64,000 nt of DNA from an uncultured Actinomycetes bacterium (lineage in GTDB: Bacteria; Actinomycetota; Coriobacteriia; Anaerosomatales; CAMTYE01), in NCBI GenBank assembly GCA_947085935.1, contig CAMTYE010000010.1, forward strand, positions 6,907 through 70,906, in the 5' to 3' direction. Of this stretch, positions 56,391 to 64,000 are shown one piece after another. The translations under genes and the position numbers were made by a program. The notes below the pieces were generated by a model, which ran no database searches, was not told the origin of the DNA, and saw only the letters and a list, made by a program, of their open reading frames with translations. Position 1 is the first letter of the stretch; each line of letters opens with the position of its first letter.

Positions 56391-57584
56391 ATGCCATATC
56401 GACCGCGCTCCGATGCCGCGAATCCACAGGAGACGCCCTTGAGCCCGTCCGCCCTCTTCGTCACGACGGTTCCCGTCACGCTCGAGGTGTTCCTCGCCCC
56501 GTTCGCGGCCCATTTCCGCTCGATGGGATGGCGGGTCGACGCGCTGGCCAACGGGGCCCAGGCAACCGGGGGGCTTGCGGGGTCGTTCGATGCGCTGCAC
56601 GACATCGCGTGGAGCCGCAACCCGCTCAGCCCCGGCAACCTCGTCGGTGCCGCCGGACGTGTCCGCGAGATCGTCGAGCGCAACCGCTACGACATCGTGC
56701 ACGTGCACACGCCCGTCGCGGCGTTCGTCGCACGGTACGCGTTGCGGGCGCACACCGGCAGGCCCGTGGTCATCTACACCGCCCACGGCTTTCACTTCTA
56801 CGGCGGCCAGGATCCGGTTCGCCACGCGGCGTTCCGGACGCTCGAGCGCACGGCTGCGCACTGGACCGACTACCTCGTGACGATCAATGCCGAGGATTTC
56901 GACGCGGCACGCAGCTTCGCCGGAATCCCCGCGGACCGGGTCCGTCACATCCCGGGAATCGGCGTCGACATGACGCTGTACGCAGACGGTGTCGTCTCGG
57001 CGGAGGCGGTCCGGGCGGCTCGGGACGAGCTGAGTATCGGGCCGGACGCGTTCGTGCTCACGATGATCGCGGAGATGGCCTCCGTGAAGCGGCACGACCT
57101 CATCCTGCGTGCGCTGGCGCGAGTCGCCGACGAGCGGGTGATGCTCCTGCTCGTGGGTACAGGGCCGCTGGAGCCACGGCTGCGCGCGCTCGCCGCCTCC
57201 CTGGGAATCGCGGACCGCGTGCGTTGGGCGGGGTATCGCCGGGACATCCCGGTGGTGCTGGCGGCCAGCAACGCTGTCGCGCTGGTCTCGGAGCGCGAGG
57301 GCCTGCCCAGGTCGCTCCTTGAGGGCATGGCTGCGGGCAGACCGCTCATCGGAGCCGCCGCGCGAGGCATTCGCGACCTGATCACGCCCGAGACCGGTTG
57401 GCTTGCTTCCCGGGCGGACGCACAGTCGTTGGCCGCTGTCATCGAGGACGCCGCTTCCCGCCCCGACGAGGCGGCGAACCATGGGTACGCCGCCCGAGAA
57501 CGCGCTCGAAACGAGTTCGGCCTGCCCCACGTGATCGAGAGGTATGAGGAGCTGTATGCCGAAGCGCTCACATCGCGTCTATGA
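56391..57584 (+). CDS. GT4-family (GT-B) glycosyltransferase
   Basis: About 397 aa with a C-terminal SEREGLPRSLLEGMAAGRP E-x7-E-type motif. A TTG at 56388 is an alternative start. Confidence 0.82.
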   Translation: MPYRPRSDAANPQETPLSPSALFVTTVPVTLEVFLAPFAAHFRSMGWRVDALANGAQATGGLAGSFDALHDIAWSRNPLSPGNLVGAAGRVREIVERNRYDIVHVHTPVAAFVARYALRAHTGRPVVIYTAHGFHFYGGQDPVRHAAFRTLERTAAHWTDYLVTINAEDFDAARSFAGIPADRVRHIPGIGVDMTLYADGVVSAEAVRAARDELSIGPDAFVLTMIAEMASVKRHDLILRALARVADERVMLLLVGTGPLEPRLRALAASLGIADRVRWAGYRRDIPVVLAASNAVALVSEREGLPRSLLEGMAAGRPLIGAAARGIRDLITPETGWLASRADAQSLAAVIEDAASRPDEAANHGYAARERARNEFGLPHVIERYEELYAEALTSRL

Positions 57585-58218
57585 CCCCGTGAAGCGGATC
57601 GGGGATCTCGTGGTCGGGACGCTCGCCCTGATCGTCCTCGGCCCGTTGTTGCTGGCCGTCGGTGCTCTGATCGCGCTGAGGATGGGGCGTCCGGTCATCT
57701 TCGCCCAGGAACGCCCGGGGCTTGGCGGCGCTCTGTTCACGATGTACAAGTTCCGCTCGATGGCACCTGCGGCTATCGACCGGGATGACGTCGCAGCGGT
57801 CGCCACCGACGCGGAGCGACTGACCGCTTTCGGACGCCGCTTGCGCTCGAGCTCGCTCGATGAGCTTCCGGAGCTCTGGAACGTGATGAGGGGTGATATG
57901 AGCCTCGTGGGGCCGAGACCGCTGCTTGCCGAGTATCTCGACCGCTACGACACCAGGCAGGCGCGGCGCCACGAGGTGCGGCCCGGCATCACCGGGTGGG
58001 CACAGGTCAACGGCCGGAACGCTGTGTCGTGGCCCGAACGGCTCGAAATGGACGTGTGGTACGTGGAGAATCGGTCGCTGTGGCTCGACCTGAGAATCTT
58101 CGTGATGACAGCAGCGACGGTACTGGGGCGCACGGGCGTCTCTGCCCCGGGGCATGCGACAATGGAGCCGTTCGATAGCTCATCCAGCCCGAACGGGGAC
58201 GACAGGGAGAACCAGTGA
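57544..58218 (+). CDS. Small polyprenyl-phosphate sugar-phosphate transferase (PglC/WbaP C-terminal-domain type)
   Basis: Re-entrant helix at the N-terminus, then PVIFAQERPG, YKFRSM, DELPQL-like (DELPELWNV), GDMSLVGPRP and GITGWAQV. The start may be ATG 57556. Confidence 0.88.
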   Translation: MRSCMPKRSHRVYDPVKRIGDLVVGTLALIVLGPLLLAVGALIALRMGRPVIFAQERPGLGGALFTMYKFRSMAPAAIDRDDVAAVATDAERLTAFGRRLRSSSLDELPELWNVMRGDMSLVGPRPLLAEYLDRYDTRQARRHEVRPGITGWAQVNGRNAVSWPERLEMDVWYVENRSLWLDLRIFVMTAATVLGRTGVSAPGHATMEPFDSSSSPNGDDRENQ

Positions 58219-58823
58219 GACTTCTGATCGTCGGCGCCGGAGGCCACGCGAAGGTCGTCGCCGACGCTGCGATTCGCGCCGGCATGGATGTCGTCGGAGC
58301 CGTGGGAGAATCCGGCGGCGTGCGGCATCTGCTCGGCGTGCCGGTCCATGTGTCGCCGAACGACATCGTGGCGGATGCCTTCATCGTTGGTATCGGGGAC
58401 AACCGGGCCCGCATGCAGGCCTTCGGGCGGTACATCGAGGCGGGCATGGTCCCTGTCAGCGTCGTTCACTCATCGGCAGTCATCGCGACAGGCGTGACGA
58501 TCGGGGCGGGCTGCTTCATCGCGGCGGGCGCCATCGTGAACCCGGACGCCGCCATCGGCGAGAACACGATTCTGAACACCGGCTGCACCGTCGACCACGA
58601 CTGTGCTGTGGGCAGCCACTGTCTCGTGGGGCCGGGAGCCGGACTGTGCGGGACGGTCACGATCGGCGAGGGCGTCCTTCTGGGCGCAGGCGCCTGCGTG
58701 ACCCCGGGCGTCCGCATCGGCGCGTGGAGCGTGATCGGGGCAGGCGCGGCGGTCATCGCCGACGTCCCCGCTGAGGCCACCTACGGCGGCGTTCCCGCTC
58801 ACCGAATCGGAGGCGCGTCGTGA
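58215..58823 (+). CDS. NeuD/PglD-family hexapeptide acetyltransferase
   Basis: LLIVGAGGHAKVV Rossmann-like N-terminus plus a left-handed beta-helix repeat region. 202 aa. Confidence 0.85.
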   Translation: MRLLIVGAGGHAKVVADAAIRAGMDVVGAVGESGGVRHLLGVPVHVSPNDIVADAFIVGIGDNRARMQAFGRYIEAGMVPVSVVHSSAVIATGVTIGAGCFIAAGAIVNPDAAIGENTILNTGCTVDHDCAVGSHCLVGPGAGLCGTVTIGEGVLLGAGACVTPGVRIGAWSVIGAGAAVIADVPAEATYGGVPAHRIGGAS

Positions 58824-60049
58824 CCTCTGGCCGACCCGAGCTCGCCATCGACGGAGGAGACCCGGTCCGCACGACGCCCGTCCCCGGCTGGCCGGCTCCC
58901 GGCGACCGCGAGATCGCTGCCGTGCGCACCGTGCTCGAATCCGGCCGGCTCAACTACTGGACCGGGTCCGAAGGGCGGTCGTTCGAGAGCGAGTATGCCG
59001 CACGACTCGGCCGCACCTACGCAATCTCGGTGGCGAACGGGACCCTCGCGCTCGAACTCGCCTTGCGGGCCTTCGAGATCGGGCCGGGAGACGAAGTGAT
59101 CGTCCCGAGCCGGACCTTCATCGCGACCGCCGGAGCCGTCGTCGCCGTCGGTGCGACGCCCGTGGTGGCCGACATCGAAGTCGAAAGCGGCACCCTCACG
59201 CGGCAGACCGTCGAGCCCGCCGTCAACGAGAGGACCCGCGCGATCATCCCCGTGCATCTGGGCGGGTGGCCGGTCGACATGGACCCGATACTCGATCTCG
59301 CGAGAGCATCCGGAATCGTCGTGATCGAGGACTGCGCTCAGGCCCATGCGGGCATCTACAAGGGCCGAGCAGTCGGCGCGACCGGCACGCACGCCGCGGC
59401 CTTCTCCTTCTGCCAGGACAAGATCCTCCCTCTCGGCGAAGGCGGCATGCTCCTCCTCGACGACGAGGCGGCGTACCGCCGCGCGTGGAGCTACAAGGAT
59501 CACGGCAAGTCACTGCGAAAGCTGAACGAGGCCGCATCCGAGGGCTCGAAAGCCGAGTTCAGGTGGCTCGTAGACAGCTTCGGCTCGAACTGGCGCCTCG
59601 ACGAGATGTCTGCCGCGGTCGGCCGGGTCGGCCTTGCCCGGCTCGACGAGTGGCATGCCGCCCGGCAGACGAACGCCGAACGGATCGCGCGCGGGCTCTC
59701 CGACGTGCCGGGCCTGCGAATCCCACTACCCGCCGAGGAGTTCGAACACGCCTTCTACCGGCTCTACTCACTGGTCGTGCAGGACGAACTGCTGCCGGGC
59801 TGGGATCGCAACCGGATCGCGGCCTCGATCCTGGCCGAAGGCGTTCCGTGCCAGTACGGCACCTGCGCCGAGATCTACCGGGAGGCCGCGTTCTCCTCGG
59901 CAGGTCTGGGCCCTGCGACCCGCCTTCCCGGCGCAGCCCGGGTGCATGAGGCCTCGCTGGCGTTCTTCGTCCACCCCACGCTCACTGAAGGAGACACCGA
60001 CGACGTGATCGCAGCCGTGCGCAAGGTGATGGAGGCCGCGACCCGATGA
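58820..60049 (+). CDS. DegT/DnrJ/EryC1-family PLP sugar aminotransferase (PglE-like)
   Basis: ANGTLALELALRA..., DCAQAHG, and the Lys motif FSFCQDKIL. 409 aa. Confidence 0.88.
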   Translation: MTSGRPELAIDGGDPVRTTPVPGWPAPGDREIAAVRTVLESGRLNYWTGSEGRSFESEYAARLGRTYAISVANGTLALELALRAFEIGPGDEVIVPSRTFIATAGAVVAVGATPVVADIEVESGTLTRQTVEPAVNERTRAIIPVHLGGWPVDMDPILDLARASGIVVIEDCAQAHAGIYKGRAVGATGTHAAAFSFCQDKILPLGEGGMLLLDDEAAYRRAWSYKDHGKSLRKLNEAASEGSKAEFRWLVDSFGSNWRLDEMSAAVGRVGLARLDEWHAARQTNAERIARGLSDVPGLRIPLPAEEFEHAFYRLYSLVVQDELLPGWDRNRIAASILAEGVPCQYGTCAEIYREAAFSSAGLGPATRLPGAARVHEASLAFFVHPTLTEGDTDDVIAAVRKVMEAATR

Positions 60050-61896
60050 GCGCGAAGGACCTTCTCGTACGAGTGCGCGCCACCGGGCGCCTGTGGAACG
60101 CGCTGCTCGTCGTCCTCGATGCGGCGGTCGTCGTCATCGCCACAGCGCTCGCGTACTACGCGAGATTCGAGGGCGTGATCCCGGATACGTTCCTGCGATG
60201 GATGCTCCCGTTTGCCGCGGTCTCAGTGGTCCTCTATGGAGCCGTGTACGCCACGTTCGGGCTGTACCGCCTCGTTCTGCGTTTCGTGGGCGTCGATACG
60301 CTTCTGCGTCTTTGCGCAGCCATCGTGGTCTGCTCGGCACTCCTCCTCGCGGCGGACATGTTTCTGCCCCGCGAGCTCGGCATGCGTGCCGTTCCGCTGG
60401 GCGTGCTGTTCATCCAGAGCGTGCTGATCTTCCTGGGCACGGCTGCTGCGCGGATGACCGCACGCGTACTTGTCCATCTCCGGGCGCAGACGTCAGGTCA
60501 GGCGCGTCGTCTGCTCATCCTCGGCGCGGGCAACGCGGGAGCGCTACTGCTCCGCGAGATCAGCAGTAGGCCCGACCTGGGCCTCAGCGTTATCGGATTC
60601 CTCGACGATGACCCGGGCTTGAAGAGCAGGACGATCAACGGTGTGCCTGTTCTCGGCACGACAGGCGAGCTGGCCGAGGTCGTAGACCGCCTCCGCATAG
60701 ACGAGATCGCCGTGGCGATGCCGTCGTCGCCGCGCGAAACGGTGCGGGTCATCCTCAATGCGGCGGCCGACGCAGGCGTGCAGACGCGGATCGTACCCGA
60801 ACTCGTGGTCTCGAAGGGGTCCGTGAGCCTGCACGACCTCAGGCCCGTCGACATCGAGGATCTGCTGGGCCGGGAGCCGGCGGTCATCGACATCGAACAG
60901 GTCAAGGGAACCATCGAAGGCCTCACGATCGCGGTGACCGGTGCGGCCGGTTCGATAGGATCGGAGCTGTGCCGGCAGGCGGCGAGACTCGGCCCTGTGA
61001 AACTCGTCCTGATCGATATCGACGAGACGCGCCTCTACGAACTGTTCCTGGAGCTCGACGGGGGCTTTGACGGGAAACTCGTGATGTCGCTCTGCGATAT
61101 CCGGGACGAAGCCAAGCTGGATGCGGTCATCGCCATGCACAAGCCGGCGACCGTACTACACGCAGCGGCGTACAAGCACGTACCCCTGATGGAGCTCGAG
61201 CCCGAAGAGGCGATCAAGACGAACGTGCTCGGGACCCTGCACGTCGTGCGCGCGTGCGAGCGCCATGCGGTCGACCGATTCGTGCTGATCTCGACCGACA
61301 AGGCGGTCGCGCCCGCGAACACCATGGGACTGACCAAGTTCCTGGCCGAGAACATCACCCTCGACGCCGCCCGCCGCAACGCGATCACGCCGATCATCGT
61401 GCGATTCGGCAACGTGCTGGCCAGCCGGGGATCGGTCGTGCCGATCTTCGAACAGCAGCTCCGCCAGGGCGGCCCCGTGACCGTGACCGACCCTGATGTC
61501 ACGCGGTACTTCATGACGATTCCGGAGGCATCGCGACTCGTACTGCAGGCCCAGGCGATCGGCGCAGCGGGTGATGTGTTCGTGCTGGAGATGGGTGAGC
61601 CGGTCCGCATTCTGGACCTGGCCCGCAAGATGATCGCGCTGTCGGGTGTCCCGGCAGACATCGAGTTCACGGGCCTGCGCCCGGGCGAGAAGCTCCACGA
61701 ATCACTCGTGACCGAACAGGAGTCCCTGATTCCCTCGGGCTACGCCAAGATTCTCCGGGTCGACCGCGTCGCCATCCCCGACCAGCGGTTCATCGCTTCT
61801 CTGGATGAGGCCATCGATGCGGCCACACGCGGAGACATCCCGGCACTCAAGCGCGTACTGGCCCTGCTCGGGCCCGGGACTACTTCAGGTTCTTGA
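60046..61896 (+). CDS. Membrane-associated UDP-GlcNAc 4,6-dehydratase (CapD/PglF-like)
   Basis: Four N-terminal TM segments, an LILGAGNAG domain, SDR core VTGAAGSIGSEL, and YKHVP...STDKAV. Confidence 0.88.
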   Translation: MSAKDLLVRVRATGRLWNALLVVLDAAVVVIATALAYYARFEGVIPDTFLRWMLPFAAVSVVLYGAVYATFGLYRLVLRFVGVDTLLRLCAAIVVCSALLLAADMFLPRELGMRAVPLGVLFIQSVLIFLGTAAARMTARVLVHLRAQTSGQARRLLILGAGNAGALLLREISSRPDLGLSVIGFLDDDPGLKSRTINGVPVLGTTGELAEVVDRLRIDEIAVAMPSSPRETVRVILNAAADAGVQTRIVPELVVSKGSVSLHDLRPVDIEDLLGREPAVIDIEQVKGTIEGLTIAVTGAAGSIGSELCRQAARLGPVKLVLIDIDETRLYELFLELDGGFDGKLVMSLCDIRDEAKLDAVIAMHKPATVLHAAAYKHVPLMELEPEEAIKTNVLGTLHVVRACERHAVDRFVLISTDKAVAPANTMGLTKFLAENITLDAARRNAITPIIVRFGNVLASRGSVVPIFEQQLRQGGPVTVTDPDVTRYFMTIPEASRLVLQAQAIGAAGDVFVLEMGEPVRILDLARKMIALSGVPADIEFTGLRPGEKLHESLVTEQESLIPSGYAKILRVDRVAIPDQRFIASLDEAIDAATRGDIPALKRVLALLGPGTTSGS

Positions 61897-63982
61897 TAGC
61901 GTCGAGCAGCTCCGGTTGGTCCGGATTGACCTCGTTTGCGGCCTCAAGGACCCGCAGGGCAGCCGTCGTGTCACCCGAGCCCACGTAGAGTTCGGCGAGC
62001 GTGACCGCTGACCCCACGTCTCCCGGGACGTCGATGAGCGAGTCCTCAAGCTCGGCGATCGCCTGCTCAAGATCCCCGGTCGCCTGCAGCGCGTACGCGA
62101 GTTCCAGACGAATGGCCGAGGCGGACGGGTCGAGACGCTTGCCTCTTCTCGCTATCTCAGCGGCTCTCTCGTGGCCGGTCCCGCCGAACACGTCTCCGCT
62201 GATGTTGAGCAACGTCGCGAAGTGGCGGTAGCTCGGATAGTAGTCGGGGCAGAACTCGATAACGCTCTCGAACCCGGCCTTGGCCGAGTCTACGTCCGCA
62301 CGCACCTTGGCAAGGCTCGCGGGATCAAGTCCCGACGAGCCTGCCGCAGAAAGCACTCCGAGTGCCCTGTTGGTATAGGTGAACGGCACCTGGTAGCGGT
62401 ACTCGACCACGAAGGGGTTCAGTCGGACCGCCTCGAGCGCATCCTCGGGCGCCGTGGAACTCGTCCTCTTGTTCGCCCGCAGATACGCGGCGTCGGCTCG
62501 TACCACCGGAACCTGCAGCGCGATGAGCGTGACGGCGAGAGCGATGACGACCACCGCCACCCCCCCACCGTTCCGGGCGGGCTGCACGTCCACGGTCTTC
62601 GCCGACGGGGCCATCAGGGCCGCCATGGCCAGCCATAGCAGGAATGCCACCCCGGGAACGGACAGACCGAAGAACAGGTATGCGACGTAACCGGCACATC
62701 CGGCCCACAGCGAGCCCAGAACGGCACGTTCCGGGACTACCGAGGAGCGAAAGACGCTTGCCCCGGAGCCAACAGCGACGCGCGCGAAGATATAGTACAG
62801 GAGCACCGCTCCGAGCACGCCGACTCCGGCGGCCATCTGCAGCGGGTAGCTGTGGGGGCTGTCGGCCACATTGGTGCTGATGGTCCGAACGTATTCGAGC
62901 GGCTTGTAGATGCCGAACACGAATCTGAAGGTGTCGGGACCGAACCCGAGCAGGGGGCGCTCCGCGATCGCCGCGAGCGCCGCCTTCCAGATGTACAGCC
63001 GCGCCCCTATCCCGCCCGCGTCCCCGGCGGTCAGGCGGTACGCCCCGAACTGGACGATTCCCATCTCGACATCGGCTCCGGCCAAGTGCTGCACGCGGAG
63101 AAGCAGGGCGAGGAGCGCCCCGCTGACCAGGGCCGGAATGGCGTCGACGCGCGCGAAGCGGGCACCGTGACGAAAGGCGACGAAGCCCGCGAAGGCAAGT
63201 CCGACAAGCCCGCCGACCCACGCCCCGCGGGTGAAGCTGACCACGAGCACGAAGAAGTTGAGGGCGAAGATGGCCCACAAGAGGATCCTGATAGCCGGCC
63301 GCTTCTCGAAGAACGCGAGCACGAGCGAGACGGGCACGGTGAACATCAGGAACCCACCGAGGATGTCGGGGTTGCCGTAGGTCGAGAAGGCGCGACGGGG
63401 GCCGAAGTCCACGCTCCAGGGAATCGGGTCGAGCCCGAGATACTGGATCACTCCATAGGCCACAACGGGAATGCTGCCCGCGACGATCGCGAGTGCCAGC
63501 GCACGAACCCGGGCCGGCCTGTCGATGTGCTGTACCCCGAGGAAGTACAGCACCGCGTAGTTGACGAACGCAAGCAGGCCTTCGTCGCGAGTGTACTTGC
63601 CGAAGATCGCCGTCGGCACGTGAACAGAGAACACAACGGAGGCGCCGACGATCAGCAGGAAGGCGACGATCAGCGGGTCAAGCCGCGTCCGCCTGACTCC
63701 CCCGCCGCCCAGAGCGAGCGCACATGCCCAGGCGGCCAGAGACACGAGGGTCAGAACCCTCAGACCGACCACCTTCAGCAGCAGGAATGAGTCGTTCGTG
63801 AACGCCGTCCCAAAACCAAGGAACTGGAAGTTCCCGAACGCCGAGGGGATAAAGAGTGCCGAGGCGAGCAGCGCCCACCAGCTGAGTGCGCGACAGTTGT
63901 CGACCCACGCAGCCGACGCGTGAGGAGTTCCCTTGACCTCCGACGGATCTGCATTGATCTTCGGCATCATGTTCTCTCTCAC
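61880..63982 (-). CDS. Wzy_C (O-antigen ligase/polymerase/O-oligosaccharyltransferase-type) polytopic membrane protein fused to C-terminal TPR repeats
   Basis: 700 aa, about 12 or more TM helices with a large loop region, and the last ~200 aa TPR-like. It overlaps the pglF-like gene tail-to-tail by 17 nt. Confidence 0.75.
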   Translation of the reverse strand: MRENMMPKINADPSEVKGTPHASAAWVDNCRALSWWALLASALFIPSAFGNFQFLGFGTAFTNDSFLLLKVVGLRVLTLVSLAAWACALALGGGGVRRTRLDPLIVAFLLIVGASVVFSVHVPTAIFGKYTRDEGLLAFVNYAVLYFLGVQHIDRPARVRALALAIVAGSIPVVAYGVIQYLGLDPIPWSVDFGPRRAFSTYGNPDILGGFLMFTVPVSLVLAFFEKRPAIRILLWAIFALNFFVLVVSFTRGAWVGGLVGLAFAGFVAFRHGARFARVDAIPALVSGALLALLLRVQHLAGADVEMGIVQFGAYRLTAGDAGGIGARLYIWKAALAAIAERPLLGFGPDTFRFVFGIYKPLEYVRTISTNVADSPHSYPLQMAAGVGVLGAVLLYYIFARVAVGSGASVFRSSVVPERAVLGSLWAGCAGYVAYLFFGLSVPGVAFLLWLAMAALMAPSAKTVDVQPARNGGGVAVVVIALAVTLIALQVPVVRADAAYLRANKRTSSTAPEDALEAVRLNPFVVEYRYQVPFTYTNRALGVLSAAGSSGLDPASLAKVRADVDSAKAGFESVIEFCPDYYPSYRHFATLLNISGDVFGGTGHERAAEIARRGKRLDPSASAIRLELAYALQATGDLEQAIAELEDSLIDVPGDVGSAVTLAELYVGSGDTTAALRVLEAANEVNPDQPELLDAIKNLK

Positions 63983-64000
63983 TCAGGGCTCGCGCGCCGG

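Noticed and set aside
1-64000. CRISPR arrays, IS elements or transposases, integrases, prophage genes, rRNA.
   Set aside because: I saw no repeat-spacer periodicity, no transposase or integrase-like ORFs, no terminal inverted repeats and no rRNA-like conserved stretches. The only RNA gene I can support is tRNA-Thr.

Overview
High-G+C bacterial chromosome segment, densely coding, with no rRNA, CRISPR array, IS element or prophage that I can see. It has four blocks. (1) 446..22596 (+) is one co-directional run of 16 genes encoding a complete Wood-Ljungdahl (reductive acetyl-CoA) pathway: fhs, the corrinoid activator RACo/acsV, cooC, folD, acsD, acsA (CODH), acsB (ACS), acsC, an NfnB/GltD-like-ferredoxin-MvhD fusion, metV, metF, a second cooC, acsE, NuoE-like, NuoF-like, and a selenocysteine (in-frame TGA) formate dehydrogenase with a SECIS hairpin. 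(2) 22605..26440 holds a Cys-rich zinc-ribbon ORF, rlmH, htrA and a lone AlbA_2/Schlafen-type ATPase gene with a leaderless-type promoter. (3) 26468..36061 (-) is an 11-gene nuoABCDHIJKLMN operon with no nuoEFG. It is followed by a mini MCP-like ORF, tRNA-Thr(CGU), yaaT-holB-tmk, a split class I fumarase with an MFS gene wedged between its subunits, mdh, a Topo III-like type IA topoisomerase, an HD hydrolase, hypBA, tatCA and a divergent STAS pair. (4) 50649..63982 holds TPR/membrane/RseC genes, amidohydrolase-menG-B12 radical SAM, and a diNAcBac-type glycan cluster (GT4, pglC/D/E/F-like) ending in a Wzy_C-TPR protein. Gene content suggests an anaerobic, Gram-positive-type, probably Actinomycetota-like acetogen or syntrophic acetate oxidiser; this is inference only. 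I see no clear-cut brand-new system. The best candidates for undescribed biology are the NfnB-Fd-MvhD/MetVF module, the bifurcating-type Sec-FDH module, the B12 radical SAM next to menG, and the EFG-less complex I. Many long antisense ORFs in the track are high-GC shadow frames and were rejected. Sub-ORF start coordinates were derived from ORF-track frames and could be off by a codon choice.
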